A DNA stretch of 64,000 bases from Candidatus Marinacidobacterales bacterium (GTDB lineage Bacteria > Acidobacteriota > Vicinamibacteria > Marinacidobacterales > SMYC01), in assembly GCA_965224085.1 (NCBI GenBank), contig CBDCYI010000005.1, forward strand, positions 1,216,001 to 1,280,000. Reading direction: 5' to 3'. The translations under genes were made by a program, and so were the position numbers. Position 1 is the stretch's first letter. Every line of letters begins with the position of its first letter. Shown piece by piece: positions 49,262-59,410 of this stretch. Under the pieces are notes generated by a model. It did not search any database and had not been told where the DNA came from. It saw only the letters and a list, made by a program, of their open reading frames with translations.

Positions 49262-50059
49262 CTATTTCGACTCGGAGCTCTTCGTCACCACGAAGACGGC
49301 TTCGCCCGCGACATCGGTGGGCCTCAAACGCGCGGCCCCATCGGGGATCTCGAGCTCGAAGGCTCCTGGGTCGAGCGGCACGTTGACGTCCACGTCTTCC
49401 GCGGTCAGCGTGACTCGGATGGATTCGGTATCCAACCGCAAGCGGTCTGGGATTTGCCGCTGCCCTCTCTTCCACGACGTCGGATAGGACACCCGATAGG
49501 TGCGTGCTTGGACGCTCGAGACTTGCCCATCCTCGGCGAGCTCGATCCGCTCGCCCTCCGCGAGCACACCAATCGTCGACGGGCCTTGCCGGTAACCCGC
49601 CTTCACTTGGACATCGGGCGGTGTGCCCACGCCGGACAGAAGCGCCATCACCTCTTCAGCGTCGAGCGGAATCCCGAGAAGCCGGCCGACGATATCAGCC
49701 GTGTCCGGCTCCTCGAGATATTCCTTGCTGCCGGGAAAGAGCACCTTGATCCCGTTCTCGGAAGCGACCGCGCTCCAGCGCGTCGAGCCGAAAGGCCCCA
49801 ATAGCTCGATGCGAAGATCATCGGGTCGGTCGAAGATCATGACGAGCCGGCCGTCGAAAGAACCATCTGGCCCCTTCCCGCGAATCCTCACAAAGCCTTG
49901 ATAGCGCCTTATCGCTTTCGATTCACGATCGAGTCGTCTCAACACGGTCTCGATCTCGGATGCGTCGACCGGAACGCGCGGCGCTTCCGGGGCGCGAGGC
50001 TTGCACCCTCCGAGAACAATAAGGCTGGCGACAACGAGAACGAGCCGCCGCGCGATCAC
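49262..50059 (-). CDS. Lipoprotein, LolB-like by position and beta-rich pattern
   Basis: Lipobox LGGC; lies between TPR gene and ispE. Confidence 0.55.
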   Translation of the reverse strand: MIARRLVLVVASLIVLGGCKPRAPEAPRVPVDASEIETVLRRLDRESKAIRRYQGFVRIRGKGPDGSFDGRLVMIFDRPDDLRIELLGPFGSTRWSAVASENGIKVLFPGSKEYLEEPDTADIVGRLLGIPLDAEEVMALLSGVGTPPDVQVKAGYRQGPSTIGVLAEGERIELAEDGQVSSVQARTYRVSYPTSWKRGQRQIPDRLRLDTESIRVTLTAEDVDVNVPLDPGAFELEIPDGAARLRPTDVAGEAVFVVTKSSESK

Positions 50060-52029
50060 GGCGTGGACGTCACCCGTTTCATCTTTTGAGCGACTTTGTC
50101 CTTTTCGACCTCGTCGTCATCTTGTTCGAGGGCTTTCTGCCAGTATTGGGCCGCCTGGTCCGGATTGCCTTTTTTCAAATAAAGATCCCCGAGATGATCG
50201 AAGACGACCCCGGTGAGACGAAGGCTGTCGATCGCTTTCAAGAGGTTTTCTTCGGCGAGCTCCAGGTTTCCAAGCTTGAAGTAGGCCCAACCCAGACTGT
50301 CGAGATAAGCGCCGTTATGCGGATCTTGCGCTAGCGCGCGCTTGATGAGAACGATCGATTCATCGAGACGTCGGTTTTGATCCGCCAACATGTAGCCGAG
50401 ATAGTTGAGCGCAGCGGCGCTATCGGGCTCTATCTCGAGCACGGCCTCGAACGCGGCCTCCGCCTCGTCGAATTTCTTTTGACGCTCGAGGATCGCACCC
50501 AGCTGAAACCGAAGCGCGACACTCTCGGGAGCATGCTCGAGCTTGCCGCGGAGGAACGTCTCGGCGTCGGCAAAGCGTTTCTGCTGTCGATAGATCTCGA
50601 CGACGCTTTGCGCGAACATTTCGTTTTTGGGCTCGCGCTCGGAAAGCTCGAGCGCGGCCGCGACCGCAGCTTCGTGCTCGCCCTGCGCCTCGAGCGCCCG
50701 CGCCTTTAGAACCTCGAAGCGCTCGCTTTCCGGAAAGCGCTCGCGCGCTTCTTCGATGGCCGCCATCGCCTCGTCGCCCTCTTCGGCCGCGAGAAGACCT
50801 TGGATATAGAACGTCAGAAAACGCTCGTCTCCACCGGACAGGTCGCGCGCCTTGCGAAAGGCTTCGATGGATTCTTCGCTGCGGTCGAGCTGCTCATAGG
50901 CGAAACCAAGATGCGCCATATATTCCGCCTTGCGCGCGACGGCACCTTGGTTCTGGTCATTCCCGTCTGGCTGGTCTGGCCGGTCTGGCTCGTCTGGGGC
51001 CTCGAGCAGCTTCATCCACGCGTCGATCGCGTTCTGATATTCACGCTTCTGCTCATAGACACCGGCGAGCGTGTAGCGCGCGAGCACGTGATTCGGCTCC
51101 TGAGCGAGAGCCTGGAGGAGCAGCTCTTCCGCGCTCGCGAAATCGATCTGGTCTCGCCGCACCATGGCGAGGCCGACGAGCACGACGACGTTTTTCGGAT
51201 CCTCATGGAGAATCGTTTGAAATTCCTTGGCCGCTTCGTCCAACTGACCTCCATTGGCAAGCGCATCGGCCAATCGGACGCGCGCGTCGAGGTCTGCGGG
51301 GGCCTCTTCTAAAGCACCTTTGTACACATCGGCCATTTCGTCGAAACGCTGCTCGGCCCGAAGAAGCTCCACAAGCATTTCGCGAGCTTCGGGTTGCCCC
51401 GGCTCGACACCGAGCGACTGCTTCAACAGACCGATAGCGGCCGCGGTGTCACCCTGGCCTCGCTTGATCCTCGCGAGAAGGAACATCTCGTGATACGAGC
51501 TCGGGGCGAAGCGGACGATCTCTTCGAGATGCTCGGCCGCTTCGTCGGGTAGCCGGCTGGCGAGAAGCAAGCGCGCGAGATTGCTCCGGCTCTCCAAGTC
51601 TCCGGGGTCGAGACGCACGGTCTCGCGGAAAGCGTCGACCGCTTGGGGCGCAAGGTCGGGCGAGCCGCCATTGCGCAACATCGCGAAATAGAGCGTGCCG
51701 AGAATGCGTTGCGCCGCCGCCACGTTGGGGTCGAGCTCGATCGCGTGTTTCACCGTCTCGAGCGCCATGTCGAGCTGTCGCATGCGCTGGTAGAGACTCG
51801 CCAGGGCAACGTGCGGATAGGCGGATTCCGGATCGAGACGCGCGGCCTCCTCGTAGCTCCCGATGGCCTGAGTGGCCTCCGCCTGCCTCTCATGCATGCG
51901 TGCGATGCAGTAGTAGTAATAGGCTTCGGCCTTCGCATCAATCTCAACAGCCGGCTCGGTGTCCTGCGCGGTCGCGAATGGAGCGAGGGTCGAGGTCCCA
52001 GCGAGAGCCACAACCAAAAGTACCTTCAC
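50056..52029 (-). CDS. Exported tetratricopeptide-repeat protein
   Basis: Signal peptide, many TPR units, ALNYLGY.LAD, AYLDSLGW. Confidence 0.88.
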   Translation of the reverse strand: MKVLLVVALAGTSTLAPFATAQDTEPAVEIDAKAEAYYYYCIARMHERQAEATQAIGSYEEAARLDPESAYPHVALASLYQRMRQLDMALETVKHAIELDPNVAAAQRILGTLYFAMLRNGGSPDLAPQAVDAFRETVRLDPGDLESRSNLARLLLASRLPDEAAEHLEEIVRFAPSSYHEMFLLARIKRGQGDTAAAIGLLKQSLGVEPGQPEAREMLVELLRAEQRFDEMADVYKGALEEAPADLDARVRLADALANGGQLDEAAKEFQTILHEDPKNVVVLVGLAMVRRDQIDFASAEELLLQALAQEPNHVLARYTLAGVYEQKREYQNAIDAWMKLLEAPDEPDRPDQPDGNDQNQGAVARKAEYMAHLGFAYEQLDRSEESIEAFRKARDLSGGDERFLTFYIQGLLAAEEGDEAMAAIEEARERFPESERFEVLKARALEAQGEHEAAVAAALELSEREPKNEMFAQSVVEIYRQQKRFADAETFLRGKLEHAPESVALRFQLGAILERQKKFDEAEAAFEAVLEIEPDSAAALNYLGYMLADQNRRLDESIVLIKRALAQDPHNGAYLDSLGWAYFKLGNLELAEENLLKAIDSLRLTGVVFDHLGDLYLKKGNPDQAAQYWQKALEQDDDEVEKDKVAQKMKRVTSTP

Positions 52030-52067
52030 AAAGACGATTATACCGCAGCGAAAGCCAAGATGGCGGT

Positions 52068-52096
52068 CCGCCTACGCCCTCGGGCTACGGCGAGGC
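52068..52096 (-). repeat. REP-like palindromic element
   Basis: Reverse complement GCCTCGCCGTAGCCCGAGGGCGTAGGCGG differs from the 44636 copy at 3 of 29 positions. Confidence 0.7.
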
Positions 52097-52157
52097 TGCG
52101 CCGGCTCGCGCCGGCTGAAATGTACTTCTTTCAGCAGCCTGCTAAACTCACGACCGA

Positions 52158-53423
52158 ATGTCCGTCGAAGCGAGCAGTTGGGCGCCACCACGTCCGTGGT
52201 CCGGCACCCCGGGTCGTGAAGCCGGCTTTCTCTATGGCATCGCGTTCTGGCTCGCGTTGATTCAAGTCTCGATCGCGGCCTCCCAGCTCGTTCTAGCGGT
52301 GCTTTTTTGCATCTGGGTCTATCGCGTTGCGCGCGGCGAGCTCGCCTTTCCATCGCTGCCGGTGAACAAACCCTTAGCCCTTTACGCTTTGTTGAGCTTC
52401 GCTGCGGCACTCGTGTCGTTCGATCCTGCGGTGAGCGTTCAGGCGAGCAAGAAGCTCTTGCTTTTGATGGTGCCGTTAATGCTCGTGAGCTCGGTGCGCA
52501 GCACACGGAGCGTCGAGACACTCGTGCTGGTCCTGATCCTCATGGCCGATATCGGCGCCCTCGTTGGTCTTTGGCAGTACCGCTTCGGCGAGCTCGGCGA
52601 CCTCGACCACCGCATCCGCGGTTTCATGGGGCACTACATGACTTATTCGGGGCTGCTCATGGGGGTGGGAATCTTCGCCATGGCAGGGCTAATGTTCCGC
52701 GGCCATCATCGTGGCTTTTTTTTAGGGAGCGTCGCCGTTATCGGCCTCGCGCTGCTACTCACGTTGACGCGCAGTGCCTGGCTCGGGATGCTCGGCGCTG
52801 CACTCACGCTAGCCTTTCTGAGGGATCGAAGGCTCCTGCTCCTCGCTCCGATTCTCGCCCTTTTGGCCATCGTGGTGCTGCCGCACAGCGTGGAGCAACG
52901 ACTCGGCTCTTTTCTGGCCCCGGATACATCGGGTATGGATCGACTCTACATGCTCGAATCGGGCGCGCAAATGGTGGCAAACCACCCTTGGCTCGGGGTC
53001 GGACCGAACATGGTCGTGGATGTCTACCCCATTTACCGCATGCCCCTGGCACCCCTGCGAAACAACCCGCACCTTCACAACAACATCGCACAGATCGCCG
53101 CGGAGCGAGGACTCCCCTGCCTGCTCGCCTGGCTGTCTCTTATCGTCGTCGCCTTCGTCGCGAGCGCGCGCGCCTTCAAGCGCGCGCGGCATGATCCGCG
53201 AGCGCGCTCTCTCGCCGCCGGGGCGATGGGGATGATGCTCGCCGGTTTTCTCGCCGGGCAATTCGAGTACAACTTCGGAGACTCCGAATTCCAAATGCTG
53301 TTTCTCTTCGCCATGACGGTGCCATGGATGCTCGGGCCAAACGCCAAGCCAAACGCCAAGCCAAACGCCAAGCCAAACGCCAAGCCAAACGCCAAGGATG
53401 ACCAAACGGATCGTGTGTCATGA
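52158..53423 (+). CDS. O-antigen ligase family membrane protein
   Basis: Multiple TMs, TLTRSAWLG, HPWLGVG, HLHN...Q.AAERG. Confidence 0.85.
   Translation: MSVEASSWAPPRPWSGTPGREAGFLYGIAFWLALIQVSIAASQLVLAVLFCIWVYRVARGELAFPSLPVNKPLALYALLSFAAALVSFDPAVSVQASKKLLLLMVPLMLVSSVRSTRSVETLVLVLILMADIGALVGLWQYRFGELGDLDHRIRGFMGHYMTYSGLLMGVGIFAMAGLMFRGHHRGFFLGSVAVIGLALLLTLTRSAWLGMLGAALTLAFLRDRRLLLLAPILALLAIVVLPHSVEQRLGSFLAPDTSGMDRLYMLESGAQMVANHPWLGVGPNMVVDVYPIYRMPLAPLRNNPHLHNNIAQIAAERGLPCLLAWLSLIVVAFVASARAFKRARHDPRARSLAAGAMGMMLAGFLAGQFEYNFGDSEFQMLFLFAMTVPWMLGPNAKPNAKPNAKPNAKPNAKDDQTDRVS
53337..53396 (+). repeat. 12-bp coding tandem repeat x5 (PNAK)5
   Basis: CCAAACGCCAAG, five perfect copies. Confidence 0.95.
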
Positions 53424-54400
53424 AGTCTGCAAACGAGCTCGACATCCAAGCTCTTCTCACCGCGACGCTCGACGCTCCGATTGCTGTCGTCGGCGATGTG
53501 ATGTTGGACAAATTCGTGTGGGGGAACGTTTCGCGCATTTCGCCCGAGGCGCCCGTTCCCGTCGTCGAGATCGACCGCGAGAGTTTTCATCTGGGAGGTG
53601 CGGCGAACGTAGCGCGCAACCTCGCGAGCCTCGGGATGCGGCCGCTGCTTCTCGGCGTCGTCGGCAAGGACGACGCCGCAAAAGAGCTCCGACAAACGCT
53701 CCGCGACCGCGGCTTGGCGGAAGAAGCCGTCCTCGAAGACGGCACGCGCCGAACGACAGTCAAGACCCGCATCATCGCCGCCAGCCAACAGGTCGTGCGC
53801 GCCGACTGGGAGTCCGCGGACGATTTGGCCGGTGACATCGAGGCTCGGACCCTCGACGCTCTCGCCGGTCTCGTGCGCGAGGCCCGCGCCGTCGTGCTTT
53901 CCGACTACGCGAAAGGCACGCTCACGCCGAAGATCATAGGACGCGCGATCGAGCTCGCGAAAGAGCGCGCCATCCCGATTCTCGTCGACCCGAAACTCCG
54001 GCGCTACCGGATGTATCGACGGGTGACGCTCGTGACGCCAAATCTGATCGAGGCCGAGCGTTTCGCCGGGCTGGTCGTACGGAGCGAATACGATCTCGGG
54101 CAGGCCGCGAGCTCGATCTTGAAAGAGCTGGGATGCGAGGCGGTTCTCATTACGCGCGGCGAGCAAGGGATGAGCCTGTTCGAGGCCGAGCGCCCGCCGC
54201 TACATATCCCGACCTTGGCCCACGAGGTCTTTGATGTCTCGGGTGCTGGAGACACCGTCATCGCCGCGGCCGCGCTGGCCCTCGCCGGAGGCGCCGAGCT
54301 CGCTCACGCCGCCGAGCTCGCCAATCGCGCCGCCGGCATCGCCGTCGGCAAACTAGGAACCGCAACCGTTCTGCCCGAGGAATTACTCGGTCTTCCGTGA
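53420..54400 (+). CDS. rfaE1: D-glycero-D-manno-heptose-7-phosphate kinase (HldE/RfaE domain I)
   Basis: GDVMLD, RISPEAPVPV, SDYAKG, DVSGAGDT. Confidence 0.92.
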   Translation: MKSANELDIQALLTATLDAPIAVVGDVMLDKFVWGNVSRISPEAPVPVVEIDRESFHLGGAANVARNLASLGMRPLLLGVVGKDDAAKELRQTLRDRGLAEEAVLEDGTRRTTVKTRIIAASQQVVRADWESADDLAGDIEARTLDALAGLVREARAVVLSDYAKGTLTPKIIGRAIELAKERAIPILVDPKLRRYRMYRRVTLVTPNLIEAERFAGLVVRSEYDLGQAASSILKELGCEAVLITRGEQGMSLFEAERPPLHIPTLAHEVFDVSGAGDTVIAAAALALAGGAELAHAAELANRAAGIAVGKLGTATVLPEELLGLP

Positions 54401-54462
54401 CGTTTTCCATTCGTCCAAAACGTGGGCGGAATGCGCGACTCTAGCCCCTGAGAGCCTAGATC

Positions 54463-56031
54463 CTAATGCCGAAAATGGCGCCGCCCAGTGAAAACCATCG
54501 CCACTTCTTTCTCGTTCGCGGCCCCGATCACTTCCTCGTCGCGGACGGATCCTCCGGGTTGCACGATCGCGACCACGCCGGCTTCGGCTAGCGCGTCGAC
54601 GCCGTCTCGGAACGGGAAGAACGCATCCGAGGCTGCGACCGATCCTTCCACCGCGCTCTCGGCTTTGTCGACCGCGATGCGCGAAGAGTCGACACGGCTC
54701 ATTTGACCCGCGCCCACGCCCACGAGCGCGTCGCCTTTGGCGAGCACGATGGCGTTCGACTTCACGTGTTTCGCCGCGATCCAGGCCAAGCGCAGCGCGC
54801 GCTCTTGTGATTCGGTCGGCGCGCGCTTGGTCACGACTTCGAAACGCTCCAGAGGCCCTTCTTGATCCCAGCTTTGAACGAGCAACCCACCGAGCACGCG
54901 GCAAGAATTGGAGCCTCGCCAAGCGCGGGCATCATCCTCGATCGCTATCAAGCGAAGATTCTTCTTCTTTGTGAGGATCGCGACCGCCTCTTCGTCGAAG
55001 CCGGGTGCCACAATCGCTTCGAGAAAGGTCGTTCTTAGCTCTTCGGCTGTCTTCGCGTCGACGTCGCGATTGAGCGCCACGATCCCGCCAAATGCCGAGA
55101 CAGGGTCGGTTGCGCGGGCACTCACATAGGCCTCGACAAGCGAATTGCGGATGGCGGCGCCCGCGGGGTTCGTGTGTTTGATGACGACGGCCGCGGCACG
55201 ATCCGCAGGAAGCTCGCGGGCGAGACGCCAGGCGGCGTCGAGGTCGAGAATATTGTTGTAGGAGAGCTCCTTGCCGTGGAGCTGGCGCGCGCCGGCCACC
55301 GCAATCGCGCGCGGGTCTGCGTCGCGGTAAAAAGCCGCGGCCTGGTGCGGGTTCTCTCCGTAGCGCAAGTCTTGCACCTTGTCGAAGCTCATCACGAGCC
55401 TGCTCGGGAAGCTCGAATCCTTCTCATCTTCCTCGACCGATAACGTGTCGGCTTCCGCGGACAAGCGCGCCAGGAACGAGGCAATGGCTTCTTCGTAGCA
55501 GGCACTCGCGCGAAAGGCCTTTTTGGCGAGATAGAGCCGCGTCTCGAGCTCAATGCCGTCATCGAGCTTCGATAACACGAGCGCGTAGTCGGCCGGGTCC
55601 GTCACCGAGAGCACGTCCTTGAAATTCTTCGCCGAGGCGCGCAGCATCGAAGGACCGCCAATGTCGATGTTCTCGAGAATTTCGTCGATGGGGCTCCCTT
55701 CAGCGACTTTGTTCTCGAACGGGTAGAAGTTTACCGCGACGATGTCGACTGGAAGGATGCCTTGACGGTCGAGCTCGTCCAGATCGCCCGAAAGGTGCCG
55801 CCTCGCGAGGATCCCGCCATGGATCGTAGGATGGAGAGTCTTCACCCGGCCTCCGAGAATCTCTGGAGAACCAGTGACTTCAGCGACACGCCTTACGGGA
55901 ACCGACGCCTTCTCGAGCACTTTGGCTGTGCCTCCGCTCGAGACAATTTCATAGCCGCGGTCCGCGAGACCGCGCGCAAACTCAGACAGACCAGCCTTAT
56001 CGGCCACGCTCAGGAGCGCACGTTTTCTCAT
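54463..56031 (-). CDS. purH: Bifunctional AICAR transformylase/IMP cyclohydrolase
   Basis: [32 protein letters not shown]. Confidence 0.97.
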   Translation of the reverse strand: MRKRALLSVADKAGLSEFARGLADRGYEIVSSGGTAKVLEKASVPVRRVAEVTGSPEILGGRVKTLHPTIHGGILARRHLSGDLDELDRQGILPVDIVAVNFYPFENKVAEGSPIDEILENIDIGGPSMLRASAKNFKDVLSVTDPADYALVLSKLDDGIELETRLYLAKKAFRASACYEEAIASFLARLSAEADTLSVEEDEKDSSFPSRLVMSFDKVQDLRYGENPHQAAAFYRDADPRAIAVAGARQLHGKELSYNNILDLDAAWRLARELPADRAAAVVIKHTNPAGAAIRNSLVEAYVSARATDPVSAFGGIVALNRDVDAKTAEELRTTFLEAIVAPGFDEEAVAILTKKKNLRLIAIEDDARAWRGSNSCRVLGGLLVQSWDQEGPLERFEVVTKRAPTESQERALRLAWIAAKHVKSNAIVLAKGDALVGVGAGQMSRVDSSRIAVDKAESAVEGSVAASDAFFPFRDGVDALAEAGVVAIVQPGGSVRDEEVIGAANEKEVAMVFTGRRHFRH

Positions 56032-56064
56032 GATGGCCGATTCTACTGCGGAGGGCCCCGCGGC

Positions 56065-56823
56065 TCAGGGCTTATTCGGGGCGAATCGGTATCCGGTGAA
56101 ATCGCCGTTCGCCTTAGCCCACGCAGAGAGCCACAGGTAAGAAGCCGCCGTCACGCCGCGTGAATAATTGAGCGATGTCTCCGCGTAGGGGACGGAGCGA
56201 AAATCGAAGCTTCGGGCCGACACAATCCGGCCGTCACGCCAAAAGGCCTTCGAGAGTGGCGTCACCGACGCGCTCGCCGCCGACGTCACTTCGACGAGAA
56301 GGCGCCCGATCGAGGCTCCTCCGAGAGGCGACGAGAGCGCTCCGTCATGGACGAGCGGGAACGTCGTCAAGTTGAGATCGACAAAGCGGTAGAGCTCGGG
56401 CGCCACCCGTTGTAGGTCGCGCCGGCCGGCCCCGAGGATCACGGGGTCTGCGAGATCGGCGGCAATGCGCAGCAAGCGCCCGAGCTCGTGGGCGGTGTCG
56501 TCGAACGAGTTGTGCCCAGAAACCATTCGCACGACCTGCTCGATCCGCGTCTCCACGTCTTTGACAAGATCCGCCGAGAGCCGACCGCGTACGCCGTCGC
56601 GCGCGAGCATGGACGCCGTTTTGCCCTCGAGGCTGCGAGCCCCGCGAAGGATGGCGGCTTCGCGCTTCAAGAGCACTCGGGAAAGCCGCGGCGGAAGAAG
56701 CCGCAGCGTGTCGTAGACCATGGCTCGGTACGCCTCTTTTGGCCACGCGTCCACGGGATGGCTACGCAAGAGAAAGATGGAGGCCACGACCAGCCAGAAC
56801 CGGACGAGCGGCTTCGCGCGCAT
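56065..56823 (-). CDS. Exported hypothetical protein, distant phospholipase C/P1 nuclease-like pattern
   Basis: Signal peptide ending DA-W, A..LP..L pattern, LG.L..AADL..P. Confidence 0.5.
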   Translation of the reverse strand: MRAKPLVRFWLVVASIFLLRSHPVDAWPKEAYRAMVYDTLRLLPPRLSRVLLKREAAILRGARSLEGKTASMLARDGVRGRLSADLVKDVETRIEQVVRMVSGHNSFDDTAHELGRLLRIAADLADPVILGAGRRDLQRVAPELYRFVDLNLTTFPLVHDGALSSPLGGASIGRLLVEVTSAASASVTPLSKAFWRDGRIVSARSFDFRSVPYAETSLNYSRGVTAASYLWLSAWAKANGDFTGYRFAPNKP

Positions 56824-56831
56824 GAGTGATC

Positions 56832-57380
56832 TTACGTTTTCTTGCTTCTCGCGACCACGGAGACTTTGCCGTCCTTCAACGAAACGCCGAAGTTCACGTT
56901 TTGGATGCCGCGGCTCGAGCGAAGCTCGGCGGCCTGCTTCTTGAGCGCGTTTTTGAAACTGTCGTAGTTGAGCGTTTCCGTGGACTCGCCGGCTTGCCGT
57001 TTCGCCGTGACGTAGTTGTCGAACACTTTCTTATAAGGGTCGGCGCTCCCGCTTTCGCCACCCTGCGATCGCTGCGGAGACGCGACAACGCGCTTCGAGC
57101 GTTCCTCTCGTCCAGTCGGAAGCTTCCCCTCTTCTTTGAGACGCATCCGCCGATTCCACATTTCCATATAAGTGTTGAACTTCGCTTGATGCATCGAGAA
57201 GATCGTTTGCTCCGAGAGGTTCTTGGAAGGGTTGCGGCTGTACTGATTGACGATTCTTTCGCAGATTGATTGCGTGTTCAATGGCGGCGTGCGCAGCGCG
57301 CCCGAGAACCATTGCTCGTATTCGCGTTCGATATCCCTGAACTTTGTTTGGAACGTGGCCATGTCCTCTTTGAAACCCAT
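56832..57380 (-). CDS. Hypothetical protein resembling MXAN_5187 C-terminal-domain proteins
   Basis: EYEQWF.G....PP, F..YV.AK..AGE....L.Y..F...L, F.V..KDGKV; ATG 57380. Confidence 0.6.
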   Translation of the reverse strand: MGFKEDMATFQTKFRDIEREYEQWFSGALRTPPLNTQSICERIVNQYSRNPSKNLSEQTIFSMHQAKFNTYMEMWNRRMRLKEEGKLPTGREERSKRVVASPQRSQGGESGSADPYKKVFDNYVTAKRQAGESTETLNYDSFKNALKKQAAELRSSRGIQNVNFGVSLKDGKVSVVARSKKT

Positions 57381-57385
57381 ATCGT

Positions 57386-57826
57386 CTACATCTCCCGAGG
57401 ATCTTTGCGAAAAAACCATAGTAAAGGAAGCCATAGCTCGCGCCCATAGGGGACGCGTTTGCCGCGCACGAGGATCTCGCAGCTCGGATACTCGCTGACG
57501 ATACAAAAAAGGTCGTGAATGGCGTTGACTTCGTCAATCCCGAAAGTGGCAAAATGACGCACGTAGTTGCCGCTGCCTTCCGAGCGATAGCGTGTCGAAT
57601 TTTGCGCGATCGCGAGCGCCCGTTCATAAGCGCTTTGCGCCGCATCGGGATCGTCTCCCCCGGCAGGTGGCGGTCCGAAGACGACTGTCACGTGGAAAGA
57701 CTTGTCGGCACGCTCCGGGTAGAGAATCTCAATCATCTCGGGATCGAGATGAGAGACGTCCTCTTCGCCTCGACCGATGATCGCGGGCAGGCGTTCGATG
57801 AAGTTCTTCGGGCGTTCGTCCGACAT
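57386..57826 (-). CDS. Hypothetical protein
   Basis: Clean ORF in tandem with downstream genes; C-terminal VPYGRELWLPLLWF; GGAG before ATG 57826. Confidence 0.65.
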   Translation of the reverse strand: MSDERPKNFIERLPAIIGRGEEDVSHLDPEMIEILYPERADKSFHVTVVFGPPPAGGDDPDAAQSAYERALAIAQNSTRYRSEGSGNYVRHFATFGIDEVNAIHDLFCIVSEYPSCEILVRGKRVPYGRELWLPLLWFFRKDPREM

Positions 57827-57925
57827 GGTCTCCAGATTGCTCAATGCGCGCTCGCGCGGGCTACAGTGTACTCTTCCACTAGCCCGCTTCAGCCATGCTA
57901 AAATCCTAGCGTTCAAGGTTCCAAG

Positions 57926-59344
57926 TTGTCAAAGAGACCCAGCCGCGCCTCCTCGCTCGACCGTCGCAAAACGCTCTTCAGGCGTGTGCCGAGCATCGAG
58001 CGAATTCTGTCGCGACCCGCGGTCGACTCTCTCGCGAAAGCGTTCGGCAGACAGGCGGTCACCGACGCCACCCGAGCTGTATGCGCCGAGCTTAAGAGCG
58101 CGGTCACGAAGGGCCTGACGGAAGAAGAGCTCGAAGTGAGGATCGCGGCGCTCGAGGAAGCCGTGGGCGAGAAGCTTCGCGAAGAAATTCGCGCGAGCCT
58201 GCGGCCCGCAGTCAACGCGACCGGAATCATCGTCCACACGAATCTAGGCCGCGCCCCTCTTTCGGACCGCGCCGTCGACGCTATCTCCGAGATCGCTCGC
58301 GGATATACGAACCTCGAGCTCGATCTCGAAACCGGGAAGCGCGGAAGCCGTCACGAACACGCTGCACACTTGTTGTCTCGTTTGTTTCCAGGTAAGAGCG
58401 CGCTCGTCGTCAACAATGCCGCCGCCGCGGTCATGCTGAGCCTGAACACGTTCGCCGTCGGCAAAGAGGTCGTCATCTCCCGCGGCGAGCTCGTCGAGAT
58501 CGGTGGTTCGTTTCGCGTGCCCGATATTCTCGCGCGGAGCGGCGCGCGTCTTCGCGAGGTCGGCACAACGAATAAGACGCGCATCGCCGATTACGAGCAA
58601 GCGATTGGTCCCGAGACCGGAGTGCTCTTGAGAGTGCACCCTTCGAATTTTCGTATCGTCGGCTTCACCGAGTCCGCCTCCACCGAGGAGCTCGCCGAAC
58701 TCGGTCGAGAGCGCGGCCTCATCGTCATCGAAGATTTCGGCAGCGGCAACCTTCTTTCACTCGCACCTTTCTCGCTTTCGCACGAGCCCACCGTCGCGCA
58801 GAGCCTCGCGAGCGGCATCCATCTCTCGATCTTTTCGGGAGACAAGTTGCTCGGAGGGCCGCAAGCCGGCATTCTCGTCGGCGAGAAAGCCGCGATCGAA
58901 ACGTGCCGCAAGAATCCGATGGCGCGCGCGCTCCGCGTCGACAAGCTCACCTATGCCGCGCTCGAGGCGACCCTTCTTTCCTTCGTGGAGGGGAAAGCCA
59001 CCAAAGAGATCCCCGTGCTTCGCATGTTGTCGGCGCCGAGTGAAGCGATACGGGAACGCTCGGAAAAGTTCATCGCCTCGCTCGGAGACACGGGCCAGCT
59101 CGAGCTCGCAATCGAAGCCACCACGTCACGCATCGGCGGGGGTGCGGCAGTCGACGCCAAGATCGCAAGCTATGCGATCACGATCGTGGATCCTTCGACG
59201 CCAGCGCAGAGGATCGTGACCACCCTTCGCGCCCATCAGCCTCCCGTGATCGCGCGAATTGTCGACGGCCGCGTACTCATCGATCTACGTACCGTCGCCG
59301 AGCAGGACGAGAACGCTCTGCGAGCCGCAATCGCGAGCATCTGA
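57926..59344 (+). CDS. selA: L-seryl-tRNA(Sec) selenium transferase
   Basis: NATG...HTNLGRA, SRGELVEIGGSFR, EVGTTN.T, FSGDKLLGGPQAG (PLP Lys). Confidence 0.95.
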   Translation: MSKRPSRASSLDRRKTLFRRVPSIERILSRPAVDSLAKAFGRQAVTDATRAVCAELKSAVTKGLTEEELEVRIAALEEAVGEKLREEIRASLRPAVNATGIIVHTNLGRAPLSDRAVDAISEIARGYTNLELDLETGKRGSRHEHAAHLLSRLFPGKSALVVNNAAAAVMLSLNTFAVGKEVVISRGELVEIGGSFRVPDILARSGARLREVGTTNKTRIADYEQAIGPETGVLLRVHPSNFRIVGFTESASTEELAELGRERGLIVIEDFGSGNLLSLAPFSLSHEPTVAQSLASGIHLSIFSGDKLLGGPQAGILVGEKAAIETCRKNPMARALRVDKLTYAALEATLLSFVEGKATKEIPVLRMLSAPSEAIRERSEKFIASLGDTGQLELAIEATTSRIGGGAAVDAKIASYAITIVDPSTPAQRIVTTLRAHQPPVIARIVDGRVLIDLRTVAEQDENALRAAIASI

Positions 59345-59410
59345 ATCAGCATTCAAGTGTCAGCATGCAGGACCGCGCTACGACGCGCCTGCTGAATCCT
59401 GAATCCTGAC
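59341..59410. repeat. Heptamer-derived imperfect inverted repeat between convergent genes (possible bidirectional terminator)
   Basis: TCAGCATTCA..TCAGCATGCAGG...CCTGCTGAATCCTGAATCCTGA. Confidence 0.5.

Noticed and set aside
57926-59344. selA as an orphan gene
   Set aside because: selB/selC/selD may lie elsewhere in the genome; cannot be judged from this window
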